Assembly: GCA_965240325.2 (NCBI GenBank)
Contig: OZ251222.1
Coordinates: 620,001-684,000, forward strand
DNA length: 64,000 bases
Direction of reading: 5' to 3'
Origin: Rebecca billardiae RCC1528
Lineage: Eukaryota; Protista; Haptophyta
Shown here: positions 10,059 to 20,941 of the stretch, piece by piece
How the letters are laid out: every line of letters begins with the position of its first letter
Position numbering within the stretch: the stretch's first letter is position 1
Made by a program: the position numbers and the translations under genes
Notes under the pieces: generated by a model
Told to the model about the DNA's origin: nothing
The model's input: the letters and a program-made list of their open reading frames with translations, nothing else
Databases searched by the model: none

Positions 10059-13000
10059 ATGAGATGTGCTGCCCTCGTCATAGCGGCCTTGACTGCGCTC
10101 GCAGCGGCCCATGAGCGCGAGCTGTCCTCGTCAAAGCTGAGCGTCCGAGTCCTCGGTCAGTCCGGCAAGATGGTGTACGGCACCTCGGGTGGCTCGGACG
10201 ACGACAAGGTGCAGGTGACGATGTCGAGCATCACCGAGCGCGACTCGAACGGCGGCACTGTGGGCCAGTTCGGGCCAAACGACGGCAAGCACGCGCGCAC
10301 CACGTTTGCCAACACGGACTTCACGTTCGGCAGCGTGTACGCCACCAAAGTCTCCGGCGTGAATGCGAGCGCCATCGACTTTGAGGTCTCACTCGTCGAC
10401 GACGCGGCCGACCTGCGGATCACTGCTCTGATCTTCACGGAGGGCGGCACGATCGCCCCGACCCCGTCCGAGGTGTACAACGTGACCGAGGGCACGCTCA
10501 AGTTCAACGTCGAGGTGCGTGCAAGCTCGCGCGTGCCGCGCCGTGCCGCGCATTGCGCAGCGCCCAGGCTCACTGGCGCGCGGGCCTGCGCGTGCAGGTG
10601 CTGAACTGGCCGTTCTGCGCTGGCGAGAGCGGCAACCCGTGTCAGGGCCAGGTTGGCGAGTACCTCGACATCGGCATTGCGATCAAGTCGAAGGGCAACG
10701 AGAGCCTCAGCCTCACGCCGATCGAGGCGAACAAGTACTCGCTCGGTGAGGGCGCCGAGCTGATCGTGTCGGACGCTGCTCGGCTGGACGGCACGTGGAC
10801 GACGATGCCGTCTGGCTACCCGGAGCTGTCGCTGTCTGGCTCGTCCAAGTACGAGCTGATGCTGCGCTTCGACAGGTTCAGCTCGTCAGCGCTGTACGAC
10901 CCCGTCGTGCGGCAAGTGGGCACAGAGGACACGGCGCCGAGCCCGCCACCCCGCCCGCCGTCGCCACCACTCCTACCACCGCCGAGCCCGCCTCCCAGCG
11001 CGCCGCCGCCCCCGCCGTCGCCGAGCCCGCCTCCGAGCCCGCCGCCGCAGCCGCCGCCGCCGCCGCCGCCGCCGAGCCAGTCGCCGAGCCCGCCACCGCA
11101 GACTCCGCCGAGCGCGCCGCCGAGCCCGCCTCCCAGCCCGCCGCCGCAGCCGCCGAGCCCGCCTCCCAGCCCGCCGCAGCCGCAGCAGTCACCGAGCCCG
11201 CCTCCGAGCCCACCGCCGCCTCCTGTGCCCCCTCCAACCCCACCACCACCGCCGCCTCTCGGTGACGAGCGTGACCTGTCTTCCTCCGACTACACGGTGC
11301 GCATCCTGGGCCGCTCCGGCAAGATGGTGTACGGCACCTCGGGTGGCTCGGACGACGACAAGGTGCAGGTGACGATGTCGAGCATCACCGAGCGCGACTC
11401 GAACGGCGGCACTGTGGGCCAGTTCGGGCCAAACGTCGGCAAGCACGCGCGCACCACGTTTGCCAACACGGACTTCACGTTCGGCAGCGTGTACGCCACC
11501 AAAGTCTCCGGCGTGAATGCGAGCGCCATCGACTTCGAGGTCTCACTCGTCGACGACGCGGCCGACCTGCGGATCACTGCTCTGATCTTCACGGAGGGCG
11601 GCACGATCGCCCCGACCCCGTCCGAGGTGTACAACGTGACCGAGGGCACGCTCAAGTTCAACGTCGAGGTGCGTGCAAGCTCGCGCGTGCCGCGCCGTGC
11701 CGCGCATTGCGCAGCGCCCAGGCTCACTGGCGCGCGCGCACCCTGGCCTGCGCGTGCAGGTGCTGAACTGGCCGTTCTGCGCTGGCGAGAGCGGCAACCC
11801 GTGTCAGGGCCAGGTTGGCGAGTACCTCGACATCGGCATTGCGATCAAGTCGAAGGGCAACGAGAGCCTCAGCCTCACGCCGATCGAGGCGAACAAGTAC
11901 TCGCTCGGTGAGGGCGCCGAGCTGATCGTGTCGGACGCTGCTCGGCTGGACGGCACGTGGACGACGATGCCGTCTGGCTACCCGGAGCTGTCGCTGTCTG
12001 GCTCGTCCAAGTACGAGCTGATGCTGCGCTTCGACAGGTTCAGCTCGTCAGCGCTGTACGACCCCGTCGTGCGGCAAGTGGGCACAGAGGACACGGCGCC
12101 GAGCCCGCCACCCCGCCCGCCGTCGCCACCACTCCTACCACCGCCGAGCCCGCCTCCCAGCGCGCCGCCGCCCCCGCCGTCGCCGAGCCCGCCTCCGAGC
12201 CCGCCGCCGCAGCCGCCGCCGCCGCCGCCGCCGCGCCAGTCGCCGAGCCCGCCACCGCAGACTCCGCCGAGCGCGCCGCCGAGCCCGCCTCCCAGCCCGC
12301 CGCCGCAGCCGCCGAGCCCGCCTCCCAGCCCGCCGCAGCCGCAGCAGTCACCGAGCCCGCCTCCGAGCCCACCGCCGCCTCCTGTGCCCCCTCCAACCCC
12401 ACCACCACCGCCGCCTCTCGGTGACGAGCGTGACCTGTCTTCCTCCGACTACACGGTGCGCATCCTGGGCCGCTCCGGCAAGATGGTGTACGGCACCTCG
12501 GGTGGCTCGGACGACGACAAGGTGCAGGTGACGATGTCGAGCATCACCGAGCGCGACTCGAACGGCGGCACTGTGGGCCAGTTCGGGCCAAACGACGGCA
12601 AGCACGCGCGCACCACGTTTGCCAACACGGACTTCACGTTCGGCAGCGTGTACGCCACCAAAGTCTCCGGCGTGAATGCGAGCGCCATCGACTTTGAGGT
12701 CTCACTCGTCAACGACGCGGCTGACCTGCGGATCACTGCTCTGATCTTCACGGAGGGCGGCACGATCGCCCCGACCCCGTCCGAGGTGTACAACGTGACC
12801 GAGGGCACGCTCAAGTTCAACGTCGAGGTGCGTGCAAGCTCGCGCGTGCCGCGCCGTGCCGCGCATTGCGCAGCGCCCAGGCTCACTGGCGCGCGGGCCT
12901 GCGCGTGCAGGTGCTGAACTGGCCGTTCTGCGCTGGCGAGAGCGGCAACCCGTGTCAGGGCCAGGTTGGCGAGTACCTCGACATCGGCATTGCGATCAAG

Positions 13001-16000
13001 TCGAAGGGCAACGAGAGCCTCAGCCTCACGCCGATCGAGGCGAACAAGTACTCGCTCGGTGAGGGCGCCGAGCTGATCGTGTCGGACGCTGCTCGGCTGG
13101 ACGGCACGTGGACGACGATGCCGTCTGGCTACCCGGAGCTGTCGCTGTCTGGCTCATCGAAGTACGAGCTGATGCTGCGCTTCGACAGGTTCAGCTCGTC
13201 AGCGCTGTACGACCCCGTCGTGCGGCAAGTGGGCACAGAGGACACGGCGCCGAGCCCGCCACCCCGCCCGCCGTCGCCACCACTCCTACCACCGCCGAGC
13301 CCGCCTCCCAGCGCGCCGCCGCCCCCGCCGTCGCCGAGCCCGCCTCCGAGCCCGCCGCCGCAGCCGCCGCCGCCGCCGCCGCCGCCGCGCCAGTCGCCGA
13401 GCCCGCCACCGCAGACTCCGCCGAGCGCGCCGCCGAGCCCGCCTCCCAGCCCGCCGCCGCAGCCGCCGAGCCCGCCTCCCAGCCCGCCGCAGCCGCCGCA
13501 GTCACCGAGCCCGCCTCCGAGCCCACCGCCGCCTCCTGTGCCCCCTCCAACCCCACCACCACCGCCGCCTCTCGGTGACGAGCGTGACCTGTCTTCCTCC
13601 GACTACACGGTGCGCATCCTGGGCCGCTCCGGCAAGTTGGTGTACGGCACCTCGGGTGGCTCGGACGACGACAAGGTGCAGGTGACGATGTCGAGCATCA
13701 CCGAGCGCGACTCGAACGGCGGCACTGTGGGCCAGTTCGGGCCGAACGACGGCAAGCACGCGCGCACCACGTTTGCCAACACGGACTTCACGTTCGGCAG
13801 CGTGTATGCCACCAAAGTCTCCGGCGTGAATGCGAGCGCCATCGACTTCGAGGTCTCACTCGTCAACGACGCGGCTGACCTGCGGATCACTGCTCTGATC
13901 TTCACGGAGGGCGGCACGATCGCCCCGACCCCGTCCGAGGTGTACAACGTGACCGAGGGCACGCTCAAGTTCAACGTCGAGGTGCGTGCAAGCTCGCGCG
14001 TGCCGCGCCGTGCCGCGCTTTGCGCAGCGCCCAGGCTCACTGGCGCGCGCGCACCCTGGCCTGCGCGTGCAGGTGCTGAACTGGCCGTTCTGCGCTGGCG
14101 AGAGCGGCAACCCGTGTCAGGGCCAGGTTGGCGAGTACCTCGACATCGGCATTGCGATCAAGTCGAAGGGCAACGAGAGCCTCAGCCTCACGCCGATCGA
14201 GGCGAACAAGTACTCGCTCGGTGAGGGCGCCGAGCTGATCGTGTCGGACGCTGCTCGGCTGGACGGCACGTGGACGACGATGCCGTCTGGCTACCCGGAG
14301 CTGTCGCTGTCTGGCTCATCGAAGTACGAGCTGATGCTGCGCTTCGACAGGTTCAGCTCGTCAGCGCTGTACGACCCCGTCGTGCGGCAAGTGGGCACAG
14401 AGGACACGGCGCCGAGCCCGCCACCCCGCCCGCCGTCGCCACCACTCCTACCACCACCGAGCCCGCCTCCCAGCGCGCCGCCGCCCCCGCCGTCGCCGAG
14501 CCCGCCTCCCAGCCCACCGCTGCTTCCGCCGCCGCCGCCGCCGCCGAGCCCGCCTCCGAGCCTGCCGCCGCTGCGCCCGCCGCCGTGGAGCCCGCCTCCC
14601 AGCCTGCCGCCACCGCAGCCGCCGAGCGCACTGCCGAGCCCACTTCCGCCCCTGCTGCCTCCGAGCCCGCCGCCGAGCCCACCGCCGCCCCCGCTCCCTC
14701 AGAGCCCGCCACCACGGCCGCCGCCGCCATCGCCGTCGAGCCCGCCTTCAAGCCCACCGCCGCCCCCGCCCCCTCAGAGCCCGCCAACAAGGCCGCCGCC
14801 GCCGCCGCCGTGGAGCCCGCCTCCAAGCCCACCGCCGCCCCCGCTCCCGCCAAGCCCGCCGCCGAGCCCGCCGCCGCCATTGCCACCGAGCCCGTCTCCG
14901 AGCACACCGCCGCCCCCACCCACGCCGAGCCCGCCGCCGAGCCCGCCGCCGCCATTGCCGCCGAGCCCGCCTCCAAGCCCACCGCCGACCCCACCTACGC
15001 CGAGCCCGCCGCCGAGCCCGCCGCCACCATCGCCGTCGAGCCCGCCTCCGAGCCCACCGCCGCCCCCGCCCCCTCAGAGCCCGCCACCAAGGCCGCCGCC
15101 GCCACCGCCGTGGAGCCCGCCTCCAAGCCCACCGCCGCCCCCGCTCCTGCCAAGCCCGCCGCCGAGCCCGCCGCCGCCATTGCCACCGAGCCCGTCTCCG
15201 AGCACACCGCCGCCCCCACCCACGCCGAGCCCGCCGCCGAGCCCGCCGCCGCCATTGCCGCCGAGCCCGCCTCCAAGCCCACCGCCGACCCCACCTACGC
15301 CGAGCCCGCCGCCGAGCCCGCCGCCACCATCGCCGTCGAGCCCGCCTCCGAGCCCACCGCCGCCCCCGCCCCCTCAGAGCCCGCCACCAAGGCCGCCGCC
15401 GCCACCGCCGTGGAGCCCGCCTCCAAGCCCACCGCCGCCCCCGCTCCCTCCAAGCCCGCCGCCGAGCCCGCCGCCGCCATTGCCACCGAGCCCGTCTCCG
15501 AGCACACCGCCGCCCCCACCCACGCCGAGCCCGCCGCCGAGCCCGCCGCCGCCATTGCCGCCGAGCCCGCCTCCAAGCCCACCGCCGACCCCACCTACGC
15601 CGAGCCCGCCGCCGAGCCCGCCGCCACCATCGCCGTCGAGCCCGCCTCCGAGCCCACCGCCGCCCCCGCCCCCTCAGAGCCCGCCACCAAGGCCGCCGCC
15701 GCCACCGCCGTGGAGCCCGCCTCCAAGCCCACCGCCGCCCCCGCTCCCACCAAGCCCGCCGCCGAGCCCGCCGCCGCCATTGCCACCGAGCCCGTCTCCG
15801 AGCACACCGCCGCCCCCACCCACGCCGAGCCCGCCGCCGAGCCCGCCGCCGCCATTGCCGCCGAGCCCGCCTCCAAGCCCACCGCCGACCCCACCTACGC
15901 CGAGCCCGCCGCCGAGCCCGCCGCCACCATCGCCGTCGAGCCCGCCTCCGAGCCCACCGCCGCCCCCGCCCCCTCAGAGCCCGCCACCAAGGCCGCCGCC

Positions 16001-18457
16001 GCCACCGCCGTGGAGCCCGCCTCCAAGCCCACCGCCGCCCCCGCTCCCACCAAGCCCGCCGCCGAGCCCGCCGCCGCCATTGCCACCGAGCCCGTCTCCG
16101 AGCACACCGCCGCCCCCACCCACGCCGAGCCCGCCGCCGAGCCCGCCGCCGCCATTGCCGCCGAGCCCGCCTCCAAGCCCACCGCCGACCCCACCTACGC
16201 CGAGCCCGCTGCCGAGCCCGCCGCCACCATCGCCGTCGAGCCCGCCTCCGAGCCCACCACCGCCCCCGCCACCTCAGAGCCCGCCACCAAGGCCGCCGCC
16301 GCCGCCGCCGTGGAGCCCGCCTCCAAGCCCAACGCTGCCCCCGCTCCCGCCAAGCCCGCCGCCGAGCCCGCCGCCGCCATTGCCTCTCAGTGACGAGCGT
16401 GACCTGTCTTCCGTCGACTACACGGTGCGCATCCTGGGCCGCTCCGGCAAGATGGTGTACGGCACCTCGGGTGGCTCGGACGACGACAAGGTGCAGGTGA
16501 CAATGTCGAGCATCACCGAGTGCAACTGCGCTGGCGACACTGTGGGCCACTTCGGGCCGAACGACGGCAAGCACGCGCGCACCACGTTTGCCAACACGGA
16601 CTTCACGTTCGGCAGCGTGTACGCCACCAACGTCTCGGGCGTGGCCGCGAGCGCCATCGACTTCGAGGTCTCACTCGTCAACGACGCAGCTGACCTGCGG
16701 ATCACTGCTCTGATCTTCACGGAGGGCGGCACGATCTCCCCGACCCCGTCCGAGGTGTACAACGTGACCGAGGGCACGCTCAAGTTCAACGTCGAGGTGC
16801 GTGCAAGCTCGCGCGTGCCGCGCCGTGCCGCGCTTTGCGCAGCGCCCAGGCTCACTGGCGCGCGCGCACCCTGGCCTGCGCGTGCAGGTGCTGAACTGGC
16901 CGTTCTGCGCTGGCGAGAGCGGCAACCCGTGTCAGGGCCAGGTTGGCGAGTACCTCGACATCGGCATTGTGATCAAGTCGAAGGGCAACGAGAGCCTCAG
17001 CCTCACGCCGATCGAGGCGAACAAGTACTCGCTCGGTGAGGGCGCCGAGCTGATCGTGTCGGACGCTGCTCGGCTGGACGGGACGTGGACGACGATGCCG
17101 TCTGGCTACCCGGAGCTGTCGCTGTCTGGCTCATCGAAGTACGAGCTGATGCTGCGCTTCGACAGGTTCAGCTCGTCCGCGCTCTACGACCCGATCGTGC
17201 AGGAAAACGTGGAGGAGGTTGGGGCACCACTGGTCCTGCCGCCGAGCCCGCCGCCCCTGTCGCCCTCGCCAAGCCCGCCGCCGAGCCCGCCATCCCCACC
17301 TCCACCGCCAAGCCCGCCGCCGCCGCCATCGCCCACCATTCAGCAGCTGACTCCCCCAACACCTGTGGACTCGTCTGAGCCGGTCAACACCGTCCAGATC
17401 CTCGGTCAGTCAGGCAAGATGGTGTACGGCACCTCGGGTGGCTCGGACGACGACAAGGTGCAGGTGACGATGTCGAGCATCACCGAGCGCGACTCGAACG
17501 GCGGCACTGTGGGCCAGTTCGGGCCGAACGCCGGCAAGCACTCGCGCACCACGTTTGCCAACACGGACTTCACGTTCAGTTTCATGTACGCCACGAACGT
17601 GTCTGGCGTTGCGGCGAATGCCATCGACTTCACGGTCAAGCTGGTCAATGACGCGGCCGACCTGCGAATCACTGCGCTGATCTTCACGGAGAGCGGCACG
17701 ATCACGCCCACTCCCTCTGAGTCGTACACCGTGACAAGCGGCACGCTCAAGTTCAACATCGAGGTGCGTTTGCACCTGCACGTGCGATTAGGACTGGTGT
17801 GGTGCGCAGAGCTGAGCCCTGCCACGCGCCCTGCGCCTGCGCTCGCGCCCGCAGGTCCTCAACTGGCCGTTTTGCGCTGGCGAGAGCGGCAACCCGTGTC
17901 AGGGCGAGGTCGGCGACGTGTTGGACGTCGGCATTGAGGTGACGTCCAAGGCTGGCGAGACGCTCGATCTGACGCCGATCGCGAACAACACTTACTCGCT
18001 GGGCAACGGCGCGGCGATGGTGGTGTCGAACGTGGCGAAGCTGGATGGTGCCTGGGCGACGATGCCGTCTGGCTATCCCCAGCTTGCCCTCTCCGGCTCC
18101 ACCAAGTACGAGCTGATGCTGCGCTTCGACAAGTTCAGCTCGTCAGCGTGGTACGACCCGATCGTGCAGGATGACGGCACGACTACCTCCGGCTCATCTA
18201 GTGGCACTTCGAGTGACAGTGGGAGCAGCGCCGATGCCGACGATGACGATGACGACGATGGCGGCAACAGTGGCATTGTCGGGGGCCTCAACAGTGAGCT
18301 CGGAGCCGGTGGCGTGGCCGGCATCGTCGTGATGGGAGTCATGGTGTTCTGCTGCTGCTTGTGTGCGGTTGGCATGCTGCTGGCCCGGCAGGAACGAAAA
18401 CGACGACGGCTTGACGACAGTGCCATTGGTGAACCACGCCTTTACCAAGAGCACTGA
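10059..18457 (+). CDS. Large type-I membrane protein: six SAARP/CARP4-like domains with Ser-Pro (extensin-like) linkers, 7 exons, ~2,622 aa
   Basis: Signal peptide MRCAALVIAALTALAAA. Phase-0 introns lie at 10515-10597, 11669-11759, 12828-12910, 13982-14072, 16797-16887 and 17764-17854, all at KFN(V/I)E|VLNW. Spliced length is 7,869 nt, divisible by 3. The C-terminus has an acidic patch, a TM helix (GVAGIVVMGVMVFCCCLCAVGMLLA) and a basic stop-transfer segment RQERKRRR. Confidence 0.9.
14690..16390 (+). repeat. 300-bp coding tandem repeat (~5.5 copies) encoding a 100-aa Pro/Ser unit
   Basis: Sequence lines at 14761, 15061, 15361, 15661, 15961 and 16261 are near-identical. Confidence 0.95.
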
Positions 18458-18548
18458 TCACTCAGGTGCCGGCGTCACGCTTATTGAAGCAGTATAACTA
18501 TAGTAGAGCTAGCGCGGCCGGCGGGGCTAACTGGTCACTACTACAGTA

Positions 18549-18550
<2 letters not shown>

Positions 18551-18647
<97 letters not shown>

Positions 18648-18672
18648 ACTAGAGCTATTTAATCTCTCTGCT

Positions 18673-18714
<42 letters not shown>

Positions 18715-18745
18715 CTCTCTCTCTCTCTCTGACTCTCTCTCTCTC
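18551..18745. repeat. (AT)n microsatellite (18551-18644) followed by interrupted (CT)n
   Basis: Direct observation. Confidence 0.97.
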
Positions 18746-19148
18746 TGCTGCTGCATGCTAGTCGATCATAATGCCGCGGCGCGCCATCCGATCATCTGCA
18801 TGCATCATCAGTATCTAGCAGCAGCTGCCAGCGCTATACGGTTGCCGTCATCTCTGCGCTGCTGAAGCCTGATGATGACTAAGTACTGATGATATGTATA
18901 CTCTTGCATTGTCCCAGCAGCAGAATGCAGATATCATACGTACGCATCGGACCGCCGGACTGCCTGCCGGCTGCCCGCGAGCCGTGACCCGCCGCTCGGA
19001 GACGCTGCAATCGTAGCCAACGAGTACTGATGCATGAACGCCGCACTCAGCGCAGCGCGCAGTCTCGCCAGCACCGCGATGCTCACCTCGGTAGCTCATC
19101 AGAGCATCGCGTCGATCCGATGCGCTGAGCAGCACGCACTGACTGGCC

Positions 19149-20672
19149 TCACCAGTCGAGCTCGAAGGGCATGGGCGAGAGCTGCTCTGCCGTCCCGCGC
19201 TGCACCGCCAGGTGGCGCTCGGTGCCGCCGATGCCCCAGAGGAAGACGTGGCGCCCGGCGCGCGCCACGCCGCCGCCGTCCGCGCCGGCCGCGCCGCTGG
19301 GGCCGGGAGGCTGCTCGTCTGCGTCCACGTCCACGTTGGCGGCGGCGCCGGGCTGCGCGCGCGTCTTGGCAGCGCTCAGGTTGGCGCCCGCGGCGATCTC
19401 CTCGACGCACGCCCCCGCCAGCGCGCGCACGCGCGCGGGCGCGCTCCGATGGCGCTTGTCCCCGTGGCCGAGCGCGCCGATGAAGCCGTGGCCGAACGAG
19501 TACACGCAGCCGTCCTGCCCGAGGGCGAGCGAGTGGGCGGCGCCCGCGGCGAGCGCGCGCACGCGCGAGAGGGAGGCGACGCGGGTGGGCACGGTGCGCG
19601 CGGCGTCGTCGGCGTGGCCGAGCCGGCCGTCGCGCCCGTCGCCGAACGAGAACACGCAGCCGCCCGCCGCGAGCACGAGCGAGTGCGCGCCGCCCGCCGA
19701 GATGGCGAGCGCTCGGCCTGCGGGCGGGACGGGCGCATGCGCGCCGAGCGGCCGCCCGAACGTGGGCAGCGCGCGCGGCTCGAGGTGGTTGTGCTCGGCG
19801 GGGCCATGGCCGAGCTTGCCGTGCTGCCCGTGCCCCCACGAGTACACCGCCCCGCTCTCGCACCGCGCGAGCGAGTGGTGCTCCCCCGCCGCCACCTCCA
19901 CCACCCGGACTGCGCGCAGGCCGCGCACGCGCTGCGGCGTGCCGCGGTGCTCCGTGTCGCCCAGGCCGAGCCGGCCCCACCAGCCGGCGCCGCAGGCGAA
20001 GACGGCGCCCTCGTCGGTGAGCAGGAGGGTGTGCGAGCCGCCCGCCGCCGCGCCCACCACCCGATGCCCGCCCAGTGCCTCGACGCGCGCCGGCGTCGTG
20101 CGCGGCTTGCAGTCGCCGTGGCCGAGCCGACCGAATGAGCCGCAGCCAAAGGCGAAGGCGGCGCCGCCGGCTGCGACGCAGAGGTTGTGCCGCGCGCCGG
20201 CGGCGATGGCGAGGACGCGCACGCTCGCGAGCGCGGGGATCGGCGTGGGCACGCGCGCCGTGAGCCAGCCCGCGCCGCCCGCCCCGTGGCCGAGCACGCC
20301 CGGCGCGTGGAACTGCGTGCCCTCCTCCTCCGAGTCCCCGCGCACGCGCACGCGGCCGAGGCTGTCGATCATGAGGAAGTGGCGCGAGCCGGCGGCGAGG
20401 CGGTGGCGCGTGAAGAGCGCCTCGCGGCGCTCCTCCCACAGCAGCTGCTGCGTCCACCCGCACGCGGGCGCCTCGACGTGCGCCGCGCGCGCGCGCGCCG
20501 CGGCCAGCTCCCTTGCGCGCGCGCGCCCGGCGGGCCGCTTCCAGCACGCGAGCTCGGCGATCGCGCGGAAGGTCCGGCTGACCTGATCGACGCGGCCCAC
20601 GTCATCCGCCGCCGGCAGCCGCGCGACGATGCGCGCGAGGACGTCGTTCGGCAGCTCGTCGAGCAGCGGCAT
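19149..20672 (-). CDS. F-box-like + RCC1-repeat protein (~507 aa)
   Basis: ATG at 20672 opens an F-box-like segment, MPLLDELPNDVLARIVARLP...VSRTFR. Six to seven RCC1 repeats follow (AAGxxHxL...GxVYSWGxGxxGxLGHG). Confidence 0.85.
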   Translation of the reverse strand: MPLLDELPNDVLARIVARLPAADDVGRVDQVSRTFRAIAELACWKRPAGRARARELAAARARAAHVEAPACGWTQQLLWEERREALFTRHRLAAGSRHFLMIDSLGRVRVRGDSEEEGTQFHAPGVLGHGAGGAGWLTARVPTPIPALASVRVLAIAAGARHNLCVAAGGAAFAFGCGSFGRLGHGDCKPRTTPARVEALGGHRVVGAAAGGSHTLLLTDEGAVFACGAGWWGRLGLGDTEHRGTPQRVRGLRAVRVVEVAAGEHHSLARCESGAVYSWGHGQHGKLGHGPAEHNHLEPRALPTFGRPLGAHAPVPPAGRALAISAGGAHSLVLAAGGCVFSFGDGRDGRLGHADDAARTVPTRVASLSRVRALAAGAAHSLALGQDGCVYSFGHGFIGALGHGDKRHRSAPARVRALAGACVEEIAAGANLSAAKTRAQPGAAANVDVDADEQPPGPSGAAGADGGGVARAGRHVFLWGIGGTERHLAVQRGTAEQLSPMPFELDW

Positions 20673-20941
20673 GCGCAGCGACGCGCGCCTCGGCCGGACG
20701 CGACGGTTCGTCGCGAGATTCGCATCGGGGTGGCAAGCTTTCGACGACAGTAGTGGCAGCTTGTGAAGCTCCGACCGGGTCCGCAGCGGCGGTTCATCAG
20801 CTCTCCGCCAGCTGGGGACTTCCCAGTCCCGGACGGACTCGGGCACAGCCGTGGCAGGGCGGCGCATGGCCATGTGGCATGATGCAGCAGCTACAGCACA
20901 TGATGCTGATCCGACGCCGACGGCGCCGACGCAGCCTGGCC

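Noticed and set aside
14270-16574. Long alternative-frame ORFs (AEPAAEP... 707 aa; Arg/Trp-rich 608 aa antisense)
   Set aside because: These are frame and strand shadows of the stop-free CCG/AGC repeat. The Pro frame is the one continuous with the domains.
19149-20672. UVR8 photoreceptor
   Set aside because: It lacks the GWRHT tryptophan motifs and has an F-box-like N-terminus.
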